Notes: a model not told the origin generated them from the letters alone. A stretch of 64,000 nucleotides of DNA from Octopus vulgaris (GCA_951406725.2 OX597832.1:28582001-28646000), one strand, 5' to 3'; shown: positions 14,730-29,760, counted from the first letter of the stretch. A program made the numbers and translations.

Positions 14730-14950
14730 GGCGGCGAATTGGCACAATCGTTAGCAGGCCGGGCGAACTGCCTACCGGTATTTCGTCTGCCGCTACAATC
14801 TGAGTTCAAATTCCGCCGAGGTCGACTTTGCCTTTCATCCTTTCGGGGTCGATAAATTAAGTACCAGTTTCGCACTGGGGTCGATATAATCGACTTAATC
14901 CGTTTGTCTCTCTTTGTTTGTCCTCTCTATGTTTAGCCCCTTGTGTGTAG
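14730..14950 (+). mobile_element. SINE family A
   Basis: Full-length copy. Confidence 0.88.
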
Positions 14951-14986
14951 TAGTACAATCGATAATACAGTTTATGCGTGTATCTG

Positions 14987-15024
<38 letters not shown>

Positions 15025-15356
15025 TGTCTGTGTATGTATATATTTGTGTATATGTGTGTATGTGTATATATATGTGTGCATACAAATACGCACGCGCATA
15101 CACACGTGCATACACACATACACACACACATACACATATATGTACATATATATCCATACTTACATACAAGCACACACGCACACATATATATAGAGAGAAA
15201 GAGAGGCAGAAAGAGGAGGGACAGAGAGAGAGAGTGAGAGAGAGAGTAGGAATAGGATAGATAAATTAATAGACAGAGAGACAGACAGATAAACAAACAG
15301 ACAGACAAACAGATAGTTAGATACATAAGTAAATAGATAGAGAGACACAGATAGAT

Positions 15357-15416
<60 letters not shown>

Positions 15417-15698
15417 TGATAGATAGATAGATCGATAGATAGACAGATAGATAAATAAGTAGACATACAGATATATAGCGGTATGCGTGTATATATTCAG
15501 ACGTAAAAAGACATTCCCTGCAGTAATTGTCTGGTTATTCTATTCATAGTCGAGTTGGGCTGTTAATGACGCCATTCGATTGTCGGACACGTGTTTCTGC
15601 TCCATTATGCTTCGTCAGTGACCGACACCGCTTCAGATATTCACAGCCCTGTGGGAACTCTCATCCATATGTAAACAGCGCGGGCGTGTATACACATT

Positions 15699-16222
<524 letters not shown>

Positions 16223-16541
16223 AATGTACATACATATATTTACACACACACACACACACACACGTGTGTGTAAATATATGTAATATACACACACGTGTGT
16301 ACGTGTATATATATCACGTACTGTTTATAATTCCTTGAAATCTCCCAATAAAAAATAACAGCATTTGGTTTTAACCGAGAAGCAAAGTGCCATGTTTGGT
16401 ATTTAAATAACAATACAATGTTCAGATTGAACGATAGAAGACTCTTGCATCTTTTTAATATACGGCATTGTTGTATGGTTGAATATATTAAGTGTGCGAG
16501 TATGTACGTATGTATATACGCATATCTACATATTACGCAGT

Positions 16542-16882
16542 GGAGGCGCAATAGCCCAGATCGCGGTTTCGATTCCTAGACCGGGCGTTGTGAATGTTTA
16601 TTGAGCGAAAACACCTACAGTTCCACGAGGCTCCGGCAGGGGGTGGTGGCGAATCCTGCTGTACTCTTTCACCACCACTTTCTCTCACACTTTCTTCCTG
16701 TTTCTGTTGTTCCTGTATTTCAAAGGGCCAGCCTTGTCACAATCTGTGTCACGCTGAATCTCTCCGAGAACTACACGTTAAGAGTACACGTGTTTATGGA
16801 GTCCTCAGCCACTTGTACGTTAATCATGAGCAGGTTGTTCCGTTCATGAGCAGGTTGTTCCGTCGTAACCGACGGAGTACCA
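16542..16882 (+). mobile_element. SINE family E (GGAGGCGCAAT head plus family C tail)
   Basis: Different head and middle; from CCTGTATTTCAAAGGGCCAG onward it matches the family C tail. Confidence 0.8.
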
Positions 16883-16933
16883 TTATATATATTTCATATA
16901 TATATATATATATATTATATTGTTTTTTAAATT

Positions 16934-17245
16934 CTTTTACTTGTTTCAGTCATTTGACCTCGGCCATGCTGGAGCACCGCCTTTAGTCGAGTAAATCGAC
17001 CCCAGGACTTATTCTTTGTAAGCTTAGTACTTATTTTATCGGTCTCTTTTTCTTTTGCCGCAACGGTATGTTACGGGGACGTAAACACACCAACACCGGT
17101 TGTCAAGCGATGGTGGGGGGACAAACAGACACACAAATACACACACACATATATATATATATACACGACGGGCTTCTTTCAGCTTCCATCTATCAAATCC
17201 ACTATCAAATTCCATCTATCAAACTCAGTAAGACTGAACCCGGAA

Positions 17246-17248
<3 letters not shown>
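16934..17248 (-). mobile_element. SINE family B (internally deleted head)
   Basis: Tail colinear with the other copies; head reduced to fragments. Confidence 0.8.
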
Positions 17249-17284
<36 letters not shown>

Positions 17285-17318
17285 TATAGATATATATAGA
17301 TATAGATATATATATATA

Positions 17319-17690
17319 GGCGCAGGAGTGGCTGTATGGTAAGTAGCTTGCTTCCCAACCAGATGGTTCCGGGTTCAGTCCCACTGCGTGGCACCATGAG
17401 CAAATATCTTCTACTATGGCTTCGAGCCGACCAAAGCCTTGTGAGTAGATTTGGTAGACGGAAACTGAAAGAAGCCCGTCGTATATATATATACATGTGT
17501 GTGTGTGTGTTTGTGTGTCTGTGTTTGGCCAACGTACCATCGCTTGACAACCGATGATTGTGTGTTTACGTCCCCGTGACTTAGCGGTTCGGCAAAAGAG
17601 ATCGATAGAATAAGTACTAGGCTTACAAAGAATAAGTTTTCGGGTCGATTTGTTCGACTAAAAGGCGGTGCTCCAGTTAAAGAATAAAAG
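17319..17690 (+). mobile_element. SINE family B
   Basis: Full head and nearly full tail; head-to-head with 16934-17248. Confidence 0.9.
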
Positions 17691-17857
17691 CATACGTATG
17701 TATATGCGAGTGCCTGTGTATGTATGTATATATGTATATATGTATGTATGTATGTATGTATGTACATGGAGAGAAAGAACGAGATTGGAAACGAAGAGCA
17801 GGACCAGACAGATAGTCATACACGTACTCACACACACACACGCGCGTGCGCGCGCAT

Positions 17858-17894
<37 letters not shown>

Positions 17895-18647
17895 GAGGTT
17901 TGTATGTGTGTGTTTGTACCTGTAAACAAACTGTAGCACTTTTACATCCGTTATGAACACTATACACGAAATAAAAAAGCACCATTCATACACCCACCCA
18001 CATACAGATCTCTCCCCACCCCATTCAATGCATGTGTGCATGTACACATTTCACACACACTCACACACACACTCATGCACACATGCACATACAAATGACA
18101 AAACTCCCTTACCGTATGTCGATTGTAGCCTCACCTTTTCTCATAAAATAAGTAAACCCGACTCCAGATAAAAGGTCCTTATTTATTTGGTTGGTGCCAT
18201 GAGGCTGATTAGATCCTTGTACACTGATCCCTATTGTATGCCACGGTAAATACCGCATATAGCGGTACTGTATGTAACGAGTAATGAATGAAACACCAGT
18301 GTTCGATTAAACGTCAGAACGTCCTTAACGAGCACCTGGTATAAACAGTAACGAACCGGGAATCGATCCCTCGCTGTGTCTCCTTAAAAGTCTCACCGAA
18401 TATCTGAAGACGGTAAAGCACCGGGTTTGATCCTTCGATGTTGTTGCTGTTGTTGTTGTTTTTGTTTTCTTCTTTTTCTCAGAACGAATTCAAATAAAAG
18501 AAGTTTAGTCAATGTTGAAATGAAGAAACTCCGAGAGTCGCTCGAAGCCGTTCTTTTCGTTGTTGGCGGTTGCTAAAATTAGATGAGGCCAAACTGCTTT
18601 AAGAACCGGATCCGGTTATGTGTGGGCTTGCGTGTGTGTGTGTGTGT

Positions 18648-18684
<37 letters not shown>

Positions 18685-18877
18685 TGTGTGTGTGAGTGAG
18701 AGAGAGAGAGAGAGAAAAGGAGAGTGGGGAGGGGTGAAGGTGTACATACACATGCTCAAAAGCACGCACTGACGTACCTGTAACTATGTTTTCTCACGTA
18801 GAATAAATGTGTGTGTGTGTGTGTATGTGTGTATGTGTGTGTGTGTGTTTATTTATATATATATGCATGTACATGTA

Positions 18878-18920
<43 letters not shown>

Positions 18921-19056
18921 CCATACACACATATATATATGTACATACATGTATATGTACACACACATACACACAATCACATATATGTGGATATATTCTT
19001 GTGTGTGTGTGAGTGTGTGTGTGTATGTGTGAGCGTGTATGTGTGTGAGTGTGTGT

Positions 19057-19105
<49 letters not shown>

Positions 19106-20753
19106 CAATTGAATGCGGTGTTTTGTAAGGAGAGTCTGCGTAGTTTGTGCGACTGTGTAAAGCTAACTTTATATATTTATCACAAGAACTTTGACCTGCA
19201 ACCCAAATAAAAGACAAAGCCGTTACCTTTATGCTTAATGCCTCCACTCAAACATGGCAAATACCAATGCAAAGAAATCACCTGAAATACCAACCCTGAT
19301 TCACAAAATGGTGACACAACAATTAAACAGACACCTACGAATTAATCTCTAAAAACCCTCTCCCTTGCTGAGCTGATCGGACACAATAGCGACAGACGCA
19401 AACTTCTATCTTTTCCTTATATTCTCCATTATCTTGTCCCCTGTGCAGCCTTTGACGCTGCTCAACCAACCCCTTTCAGGTCTTCTTATACCTCTTATAA
19501 CGGGGTTTGTCAATGGATAGCCATATTTGCTGGAGTCATAGTACCCTAGTGTTGTTTTTAATAATCAAATCCCTGTTTTTCTTTTAGCTTCTTTTCATCA
19601 ATTGACAGGAGAGTTCTATGGATCGTAGTCTTCCCATCAATTTCTGTCCTAATCGTTTATCTTTCCGAAGCGTTTTAATAAGTTTGTCCTAAATGTCCAA
19701 GCTTGTTTTCAGGCTTTTAGTTAACCCTTGTTTCATTTTAAGGTTATCTCTACACAGTTTTTATAGAATTCAAAGCCAATACTGTAAGTTGCGATATTTC
19801 GTAAACAAATTCGTTTATGTAAACAAAGCGATCGAAAAGAGAAAAAAGAAGTAATTGGTGTATGTGTATATTTCGATGATTATTGTCCTCTCATCAGTAT
19901 TTCATCCAACCTATCAACTTCTTACATACGTTTTGACTAATATAAAGCTCTTCTTTCATAAGTACCAAGTTACTCGGGTGGATGACAAAAATGGGAATAT
20001 GTATCATACATAATGCATAAACATCTGGGGAAAATGTCCTGCGCATTACATATGATGCAGAGGACAGGTAAAGATAAAGACGATTTCACACAGAGATGAT
20101 TAATGGGCCGTGTTTGGTTCTTGTGTTTGTAAAACTTAGTCATGAGGAAAGATCAGTTCTCATTTAATTTCAACAGGAATTCTCTGAGTTTGGCAAGAAT
20201 TGAGAATTTATCGGGTTTATGTTAAGACTAAGCATTTATATGTTGATGTCAGAGTTCCAATAGATTAAGTTTCTAATAGATTAAGAGGAAAGGTGAAAGG
20301 TCAGTAGTAGGGAGGGGGTAGTGGAGGGCCTGATTGTCGAAACACAGTTAAGGGTAATCATACAGGTGTGGCGGTGTGGTTTTAAGAAAAGGGTATGTCG
20401 CTGGGTGGTTCAGGTGAACAGAGACAGTTGTAGTAGCTACGGTATAATAGACAATGAGAGATATCACGTCTGTGGATAAACTTTTTTATGACTCAGGGCA
20501 TAACTTTTTCAGACACTAGGGCGTGATTTGTGGGAGATTAGGTTGTTGTTTCTAGTATGTCATGCGACCTACTTATAAGCCACTAGACACTAACTTTTCC
20601 GTATCGTCTGCAATCAAAATTGTCGGCTGGGCTTCATGCAAATTGATTTCGGTGAAATGAGGCAATAAAGGAAATGGCTCTGTCCAGAAACTAGAAAATT
20701 CGTAAAAGAATTTGAATTCCTTGATCGATAGTTCAATATTTTATCTATTCAGA

Positions 20754-21210
20754 AGGCGGCGATATGGCAGAATCGCTATAGCACCGGACAAAATGCTTAG
20801 CAACATTTCTTCCGTTTTTACGTTATGAGTTCAACTTCCGCCGGGGTTGACTTTGCATTCGTCTTTTCTCTTTATGTCCGGTGTTCTATTCCTGCGGAGG
20901 TCAACTTTTAAAAATTAAGGCTGTGAACTGGCAGAATCGTTAGCGCGCCGGCCAAAATGCTTCCCGGCATTTTGTCCGTCTTTACGTTCTGAGTTCGAAT
21001 TCCGCTGAGGTTGACTTTGTCTTTCATTCTTTCAGGGAAGTAAGCTTATTACATCGACCCCAGTTCTCAACTGGTATTTATTTTATCGATCCCCGAAAGA
21101 ATGAAAAGCAAAGTCGATCTCGGCGGACTCTGGACTCAGAACATAAAGACAGACTAAATGTCGTTAAGTATTTGGCCCGGCGTATTAACGATTCTGGCAG
21201 CTCGTCACCC
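20754..21210. mobile_element. SINE family A copies: two partial plus copies and one minus copy (tail-to-tail)
   Basis: Plus heads at 20754 and 20918; minus copy at 21045-21210. Confidence 0.75.
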
Positions 21211-23101
21211 TTGATATAAACGAAAATATGGATAAAGACAAAGCTAAAAGAAGTGCACTACAGTCCCCAACATTTCCTTTATCACTAACCTTACTCCTTT
21301 CGTTGATTTTTACATTCATTACAATAAAGATATTTTATTACGAAGTTTACCATCTTCATTCTTTCACACAAAGATTCTACACGATTGTGCAAACACCTTT
21401 CTTTCCATCCGGCATCTGTAAGAGTCTGTTAACTCCGTTCCCTTACCAAGGAATTCTACAACATTCTGCAAGTACTATTCTTTCAGCAAGGTGTCGATGA
21501 GAATCTGCCATTCACCATTCCTTCGTTTAGGTATCTGTGTTTGCTAAGCAGCATTCCTTTTACCAATGGATCCACTATGACAATCACAAACCATCAAGGT
21601 GACTCCTATACCGTCACTCTATTGGTTAAAATATTTCTTATAACCAATCACCGTCAGTTTTTGTACATTCGTCATGCGATCACATGATGTCATCAGTTAC
21701 GGTTAGAGATTTTTCTGGTCACATGATATCAGTTACGGTTCAGAGGTTTTTCACGTGATAATGGTTGCCTACATTTCTACAGTGGTTTTTCTACACAGAT
21801 TTAGGAGTTTAGCAAAACATTACAAATTTTACCTTAAAGAAAAATCATTTGATTGTACCCCTCCAGTTACTGGAGGTGACCTTCAGTGATAAGAGCGGTT
21901 TGACCAGCATTAGAACACCTGGGAGAAATATATGTACCATATGCCGCCTACGTCTGAAACAACTTCTTGGTTCTGTGACCAAGAACTGAGGGCTCTGACA
22001 GTTTCTAAAAGCGAGAGAAAACTTATTTGAAAAATCTCACAAACGTTTATGTTGGTTCTCGACTCCTGGATATTCCAGATACCATTCTCATTAATTAGCC
22101 GCCCCCACACACACCCAACCACTACTAAAAACACCTTTACCAACACCAACAACACTACCACCGCTATCACCACCATAGCCATCACTAAGACCAGCACAAC
22201 TACTGCTACCGATACCACTGTACCTACCGCAAGCTCGGCAACCCAGCAGCGGCGCCGCCACTACCGCAACCACCACCACTACCACCACCACCACCACCAC
22301 CACCACCACCACCACCACTACCACCGCACAGCCGCCGCCGCTGAAACCACCACCACCACCACCACCACCATCACCACCACCACCACCACCACCACCACCA
22401 CCGCCACCACCACCACCACCGCACAGCCGCCGCCGCCACCACAACCACCACCACCTGCACAGCCGCCGCCGCTGAAACCACCACCACACCACCACTCATG
22501 AACAGTTCCTTTATGATTATTTCGTTGTTACACAATATTTTTTCTCCATTCGGTGTTAATGAATTCTTTAAACAATTAAAGTGAATGGTGCCAGATGATA
22601 ATGAGGAAGACCACCATTTGTTTGGATTCTTCTGGGAGGTTAATTGGGTCAATGAAGGGGGAGAAGAGGTGTCAAGACAATTGTTATACAACATAGCTTT
22701 GTATTTGGTAAGCTCCACTAGGTATAAATGGGGAAGGAAGAAAAATAAGGTTAATACGACGAATTATCGCATGAAATTAAGGCGTCAATATAAGAAAGAA
22801 TTCAGGAACTTCTTTCCAAAACAGAAATGTGTTACTATAATGTAGAACTCTCGAAGAACTCTGGAAGAGATTAAGTAGTTAATATATCGAGGAATTGCAG
22901 CACTTCTCGCCAAAACAGAAAGCAGTGGCGTCGCTATGATAGAGGGTAGTTCGAAGCTTTTATGCGGGGCGGCACATTTGGGGATGTTGTATAAGCTTGT
23001 ACAGACTTGGGGATCCGAAGGGGGGGAGGCACAAACTCAAGGACGGCCCCCGGGCGAAACACACCCCAGCTAAGATACTGGCAGAAAGGTATTGATGTAA
23101 G

Positions 23102-23492
23102 GCACGCCTGGCGAAATGCTTTGTGGTATTCCGTCCGCCGCTGCATTCTGAGTTCAAATTCCGCCGGGGTCGACTTTGCCTTTCATCCTTTCGAGATCGA
23201 TAAATTAAGTACCAGTTACGCACTGGGGTAGATGTAATCGACTTAATACCTATGTCTGTCCTTGTTTGTCCCCTCTGTGTTTAGCCCCTTGTGGGTAATA
23301 AAGAAATAGGTATTTTGTCTGACGCTGCATTCTGAGTTCAAATTCCACCGGGGTCGACTTTGCCTTTCATCCTTTCGGGGTCGATAAATTAAGTACCAGT
23401 CACACACTGGGGTCGATATAATCGACTTAATCCATTTGTCTATCCTTGTTTGTCCTCTCTGTGTTTAGCTCCTTGTGGGTGGTAAAGAAATA
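23102..23492 (+). mobile_element. SINE family A tandem dimer with TSD
   Basis: Two body units joined at GGTATT (about 23309); flanked by AGGTATTGAT(G/T)TAAGGC at 23087-23103 and 23492-23508. Confidence 0.85.
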
Positions 23493-24261
23493 GGTATTGA
23501 TTTAAGGCTGAGTCGATGAAATCTCGTGGAAAATAAGGAGGTTGACATAAAGAATTAGCGCAACACAGCTTTCTGAAGAAAAAAAAAAAAGATGTTAATA
23601 TAAGGAAGAATCGCAGAATTATTCCAAAGAAAAGAAAGACATTAATATATCGAGGAATGGCAAAAGTTCTCTCTCAAGATTTCAATAAATAAATACAAAT
23701 ATACAAATGGAATTTTCGATTTTTCAAATCGTTTTTTTTTTTCGGTATTCTATTCTTCACAATACAATCAACAACAACGGTAGCAGTAGTAGCAGCAGTA
23801 GCAGCAGCAACAACATCAACCACAACAACCACAACAACCACAACAACCTTAATAACAAGCACTAAGAACAACACTAACAACAACAAAAACAATATCGATG
23901 ACAACAACAAAATAACAACAACAAGCAACGACCAGTAAACTTTATTTATTACCACCAATGACTGTGTTTTGGGTGTTGTTTAATAGCACTGGCCACCCGG
24001 CTACCTCTCCTACCACCCCGCAGACAATATAGTTATTTCTGTTACGCCACTCACGAAAAACTAATTACACAACTTCATTCTTTACATTTAAATAATGAAA
24101 TAAAAAATAAAACCGGTCTTTTAGTTTGGGAATGAAATTAATGGGAAAATATTTACAAATGACCTGACAATAACAACTGGCTCCCAGCTCGGCTAATTAC
24201 CGATTTGTAAAAGATCTCACAAAAAAACACAGTAGTAACACGGTAAGCACTTCTTAAATAC

Positions 24262-24328
<67 letters not shown>

Positions 24329-24669
24329 GGTGGTGGTGGTGGTGGTGGTGGTGGTGGTGGTGGTGGTGGTGGTGGTGGTGGTGGTGGTGGTGGTAGTAGT
24401 AGTGGTGGTGGTGGTGGTGGTGGTGGTAGTGGTAGTAGTGGTGGTGGTGGTGGTGGTGGTGGTGGTAGTGGTGGTGGTAGTAGTAGTGGTGGTGGTGGTG
24501 GTGGTGGTGGTAGTAGTAGTAGTGGTGGTGGTGGCGGTGGTGATGGCGGTGGTAGTAGTGGTCGTGGTGCTAGTAGTAGTGCTAGTAGTAGTGTTGGTGG
24601 TGGTGGTGGTAATACTAGTAGTAATAGTAGTAGTAGTAGTAGTAGTAGTAGTAATAGTAGTAGTAGTAG

Positions 24670-24762
24670 TAGATAGGTAGGCATGTAGATAGGTAGGCAT
24701 GTAGATAGGTAGGCATGTAGATAGGTAGGCATGTAGATAGGTAGGCATGTAGATAGGTAGGC
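24670..24762. repeat. 16-bp minisatellite TAGATAGGTAGGCATG x ~5.8
   Basis: Perfect units adjoining a 400-bp TAG/TGG tract (24262-24670). Confidence 0.9.
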
Positions 24763-25260
24763 GGAATATGTTGTAATTAAGGTGCGCAGTCAGTACTTTT
24801 GATATTCTCCGAGTAGCAAGTATGGCGGATTTAGTTGCAATATGGCGTCAGAATATGTCTGAATTGATAACACACGTTGTTGTTGCTGATGTTGTTGTTG
24901 TTGTTGCTATTGATGTTGTTATTGTTGTGGTTGACGTTAGCAGTCAAAGCTTTGGTCATTCAAATACACTATGGTATCTACATACGGCTACGTAGACTGG
25001 ACTTGTGACAATTGCGTTGGTAATAGATGCAGTATATAGCGAAACTACACCACACTGTGGTACCTACTTACAGCTAGGTGGCCTGGGTCGTTGTCTTAGC
25101 ACAAGTCACTACACAACGTGACACTAATTTACAGTTATGTCGAAAACAAATAAAATCCACAAATTCCAACAAACTCTGTGTAATCTCCAAGGATTTTTCC
25201 TGGGGACATTACACATGCATACATGGGTTTGTTTTTCCCACATGTTTCGTTTCATCTAGA

Positions 25261-25966
25261 ACTGTTCGTGAACCTTTTTCTTCTTTCATTTCTCCCTCAT
25301 TCTCTCGACGAACTTCCACTGCCAGAAACGACAACTTGCTCCCTATTTCTTCCTCTAAGTGTAACGATATTAATTCAACAGTTCGTGAACCTTTTTTCTT
25401 CTTTCATTTCTCCCTCATTCTCTCGACGAACTTCCACTGCCAGAAACGACAACTTGCTCCCTATTTCTTCCTCTAAGTGTAACGATATTAATTCAACTGT
25501 TCGTGAACCTTTTTCTTCTTTTATTTCTCCCTCATTCTCTCGACGAACTTCCACTGCCAGAAACGACAACTTGCTCCCTATTTCTTCCTCTAAGTGTAAC
25601 GATATTAATTCAACTGTTCGTGAACCTTTTTTCTTCTTTCATTTCTCCCTCATTCTCTCGACGAACTTCCACTGCCAGAAACGACAACTTGCTCCCTATT
25701 TCTTCCTCTAAGTGTAACGATATTAATTCAACTGTTCGTGAACCTTTTTTCTTCTTTCATTTCTCCCTCATTCTCTCGACGAACTTCCACTGCCAGAAAC
25801 GACAACTTGCTCCCTATTTCTTCCTCTAAGTGTAACGATATTAATTCAACTGTTCGTGAACCTTTTTTCTTCTTTCATTTCTCCCTCATTCTCTCGACGA
25901 ACTTCCACTGCCAGAAACGACAACTTGCTCCCTATTTCTTCCTCTAAGTGTAACGATATTAATTCA
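25261..25966. repeat. Tandem array, 6 x 117-118 bp
   Basis: Units start at 25261, 25378, 25496, 25613, 25731, 25849; near-identical. Confidence 0.95.
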
Positions 25967-26080
25967 CATTGAATGCCTTGTTGTAATGTACAATTGAATA
26001 TATCGATAGATTTTTTAACCAACAATGTTGAGACGAACGTAACCCTTACGTTTATATACACAATAATATTCTTGGGCAGA

Positions 26081-26665
26081 AGGCGGCGAGCTGGCAGAAT
26101 CGTTAGCACGCCGGGCGAAATCCTTAACGGTATTTCGTCTGTCTTTACGCTCTGAGTTCAAATTCCACCGAGGTCGACTTTGCTTTCATCCTTTCGGGGT
26201 CGATTAAATAAGTACCAGTTACGCACTATGGTCGATATAATCGACTTAATCCGATTGTCTGTCCTTCTTTGTCCCTTCTGTTTTTAGCCCCTTGTGGGTA
26301 GTAAAGAAGTAGGTATTTCGTCTGCCGCTACGTTCAGAGTTCAAATTTCGCCGAGGTCGACTTGGCCTTTCATCTTTTCGGGGTCGATTAAATAAATACC
26401 AGTTACGCACTGAGGTCGATATAATTGATGGAATCCGTTTGTTTGTCTTTGTTTGTCTCTTCTGTGTTTAGCTCCTTGTGGGTAGTAAAGAAATAGAAAT
26501 AGGTATTTCTTCTGTCTTTACGTTCTGAGTTCAAATTCTGCCGAGGTTGACTTTGCCTTTCATCCTTTCGGAGTCGATAAATTAAGTAGCAGCTGCGCAC
26601 AGGGGTCACTCTAATCGACTGGTCCCCTCCCTCAAAATTTGTTTCTAGAGTAGAAAAGAATATTT
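26081..26665 (+). mobile_element. SINE family A tandem trimer
   Basis: One head, then three body units restarting at GGTATTTC (about 26129, 26312, 26502). Confidence 0.88.
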
Positions 26666-26884
26666 TGGGGGCAGAAAAAACGCAACATTTGTATATGATG
26701 CCCATCTCAACACCGTGTGGGGTTTCGTCAACCACTCCTTTTCACGAGTGCACAAGCAGCACGTTTGCTTTTTGGGGTTTTTTTTTCCTAATATTTATTT
26801 TTCGGCGTACACAAGGTCATCAAATGACTAAGACCCATTTTAAGGATCTTAGAGTCTGCTTTTCTTTTCTTTCCTGCTCTTGCT

Positions 26885-27100
26885 AGATGGGGCGGAGGTC
26901 ATCCTAGGCTAGTGGTTCCAGGGGTTACATCGTACGTAGTGCCGACCAGGTCCACCGGTGCTAGACTCTGTCTAGACTCTGGGAATCTTCCTTAATCACG
27001 TCCAGCCATCTGATGTGGGGCCTGACACGGGGCTTCTTCCAGGCTCGTAGCTGCCGCGTCGAATGAGGGTAAGGCCGTGGTAGGAGGATCAGTTTACGAC
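26885..27100 (-). mobile_element. RTE-like LINE 3' remnant
   Basis: Minus-strand translation WKKPRVRPHIRWLDVIKED matches the R-x-RGRP-x-x-RW-x-D motif of RTE C-termini. Confidence 0.55.
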
Positions 27101-27193
27101 CAGAAAATACTTCAGCCTTGAGACTTAAGTAACAATCACTTTGTGGTATGGTTCACATACATCAAACAACATTACTGCTGCTACTGCTGCTGT

Positions 27194-27242
<49 letters not shown>

Positions 27243-27525
27243 ACTGCTGCTGTTGCTGCTGTTGCTGCTGCTGCTGTTACTGCTGCTGTTACTGCTGCTG
27301 CTGTTGTGCACGGTGAAGTCAAAGTTAACGTTGACCTTCCAGAAAAAAAGAAACAGTTAAATCCTTCTAAATGGCCACACTGCAACATTGATAAAGGTGC
27401 AGTAGCGAATCTAATCTCTTTATAGGTTTGCCCGACCGCGGTTGACCAGGGGCTAAGTAGCAACAACAACAACAACAATAACAACAACAATGAAAACAAC
27501 AACTACTTCAGAAGACACGTTGAAT

Positions 27526-27884
<359 letters not shown>

Positions 27885-28439
27885 GAAGAAGAAGAAGAAG
27901 AAGAAGAAAGGAGGTAAGTAAGAGAGTTATATGGTTTAAATTCCTCCCCCTCCCCCTCCCCTTAACAATAGTCGTCATGACAACGACTCATAGACTTTAC
28001 CTGACATTTCTCTCATGGTTCAAAGCTAGAATATTCTGTATAATTTGGTCAGCAATTACATCAGAACCGGAAAGACCAGTTCTCAAACAACTACCCCCTA
28101 TCCCCCGTCCCCTACTCCCCCCTCTCTCTCATCCTTATTTTCCCCTCCCTCTCTCCCCTAGTTGTTGTTGTTGTTGTTGTTTGTTTGTTTCTAGGTCAGT
28201 GGCCAATATTTTTAGCGAGAAAAAGAAAAACCCAAGAGACGAGTTGTTTGTGAAGAAAGCTTCAAGTTTGTTATTTGATTATGTAAGAAGCACTGACGAT
28301 GACAACGGCGATGATGATGATGACGACGAGGGCGACGATGACGATGACGATGATGATGATGATGATGATGGCGATGGCGATGGTAACGATGAATTCGGCA
28401 AAGACGAAAACGCTGACGATGACAATGATGATGTTGATC

Positions 28440-28800
28440 CGTCCTACTCCACGACAACAACCGTTTCCCATAATTCCACAGGTCACAAACGTTTGGATAG
28501 TGAACGGGTGCGTCGTACAAATCGGTTTCGTCATTCTGCAACAATCCCGGTCACATCCGCTTGATCACACTACCGTACATGTACATATTGTTCCAAATCG
28601 GCAGCAATTCTCGGTCAGGAAACTTCTGGAATTTGTCCATTGTCCTTCGGAATAAGCGGATGACCTCCGTCGGTGTCCGAGAGTTTCACCGAATACGTCG
28701 TTGCACCCAGGCCAATCCCGATCCACTTTAAAATGGAAGAATTGATGTTGCAATGATCGTATTTCCAGACTTGAAGAGTCTCGTGGACACTTGACAACAT
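28440..28800 (-). pseudogene. Decayed Tx1/L1-type ORF2 C-terminal (zf-RVT-like) segment
   Basis: Minus frame MDKFQK...LLPIWNNM...*PGLLQNDETDLYDAPVHYPNVCDLWNY.KRLLS resembles LP.....CP.C...ET..H....CP....LW of L1/Tx1 C-termini. Confidence 0.5.
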
Positions 28801-28807
28801 TCACGAC

Positions 28808-28870
28808 TTGTGATTTTCAATCTGTTTAATATCCGGGCAAGATCCAAAATCCGGTTTTTTAGGGGTCACG

Positions 28871-28903
<33 letters not shown>

Positions 28904-29040
28904 GCGCACACATGAAAGAGAAAAGTGAAATACAAGTGAAAGAAAAATTAATTTTATTTATAAAGGGAAGACCGTCGGAGCCGCAGGAAGGATGCTCAAG
29001 GGCCACATGCGTCCCTAGGAGCCGCGATTGAGAACCGCTG
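28808..29040. mobile_element. Degenerate hAT-like MITE inside the Tx1-like fossil
   Basis: Ends GTGATTTTCAATC... and ...GGGCCACATGCG...GATTGAGAACCGCTG resemble Charlie-type termini; no clear TSD. Confidence 0.45.
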
Positions 29041-29044
29041 TTTA

Positions 29045-29760
29045 CTTCATCCAGGCCTGTAATTCCACCAAAGATCTGGAGGAATGCATGCCTGACAAAA
29101 TGGCAAAGACTACATGTCTGACAAAGTCATCAAAGAATTTGTGCAAGTGCCGCAGCCTCAGCTAATTCCTCTCATCACCAGCCACAACAGACGTAACCCT
29201 TTGCTCCAAAAATATCGGCACATTCCGGATATTCAGTCAGTATCAGTCATAAAGTTGGAACCGCTTGAACAGGTTTGCAAGACCTCTTCTTTCATTAGCA
29301 TTGACTACACAACCCCAGCCTGTTTCTAAGATACCATTCTTGCCATTCATTAGCATTAACAAGCTGGACGATTCCAAGAATAATTCTCACGATTTGATTT
29401 AAGAAGTATAACCATCGGACGTAGACGGAGGAGAAAGAGGCACAAGTCTGAAGGAAAGGCCATCACTGCTGCTCGCGTCCAGATCCATCGACTTTCCGTC
29501 CGAGTTCAGGAAAATCATTCGCATCTCGAAATCCAGACCTTTCCGAAACAACACAGCCACTCCACTCGATGGAAATCTATCGAAATATGTGTACACCATG
29601 TTATTGTTGAGAAGGAAAGCAGGGCGTCATATTGGCAATCTTGATTCCTTTGATGGCCATCATATCTAAATGAAGTGGAGTGAAGCTAGTAAGAAACCTT
29701 GCTTCCAAGCCAACTCCAGACCTCGACCTCATGCATTTACGTAATCGGTACCAACAACTG
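29045..29760 (-). pseudogene. Decayed Tx1/L1-type AP-endonuclease domain
   Basis: SGVAVLFRKGLDFE...DGK.MDLD...FRLVPLSPP resembles GVAILF...D..GR..LD...FRL..VYAP of LINE endonucleases; stops and frameshifts. Confidence 0.65.

Noticed and set aside
25261-25966. CRISPR array
   Set aside because: Contiguous near-identical 118-bp units with no unique spacers, no cas genes, eukaryotic context.
27977-28564. 195-aa ORF with an acidic tract
   Set aside because: (GAT/GAC)n repeat plus antisense of a LINE fossil.
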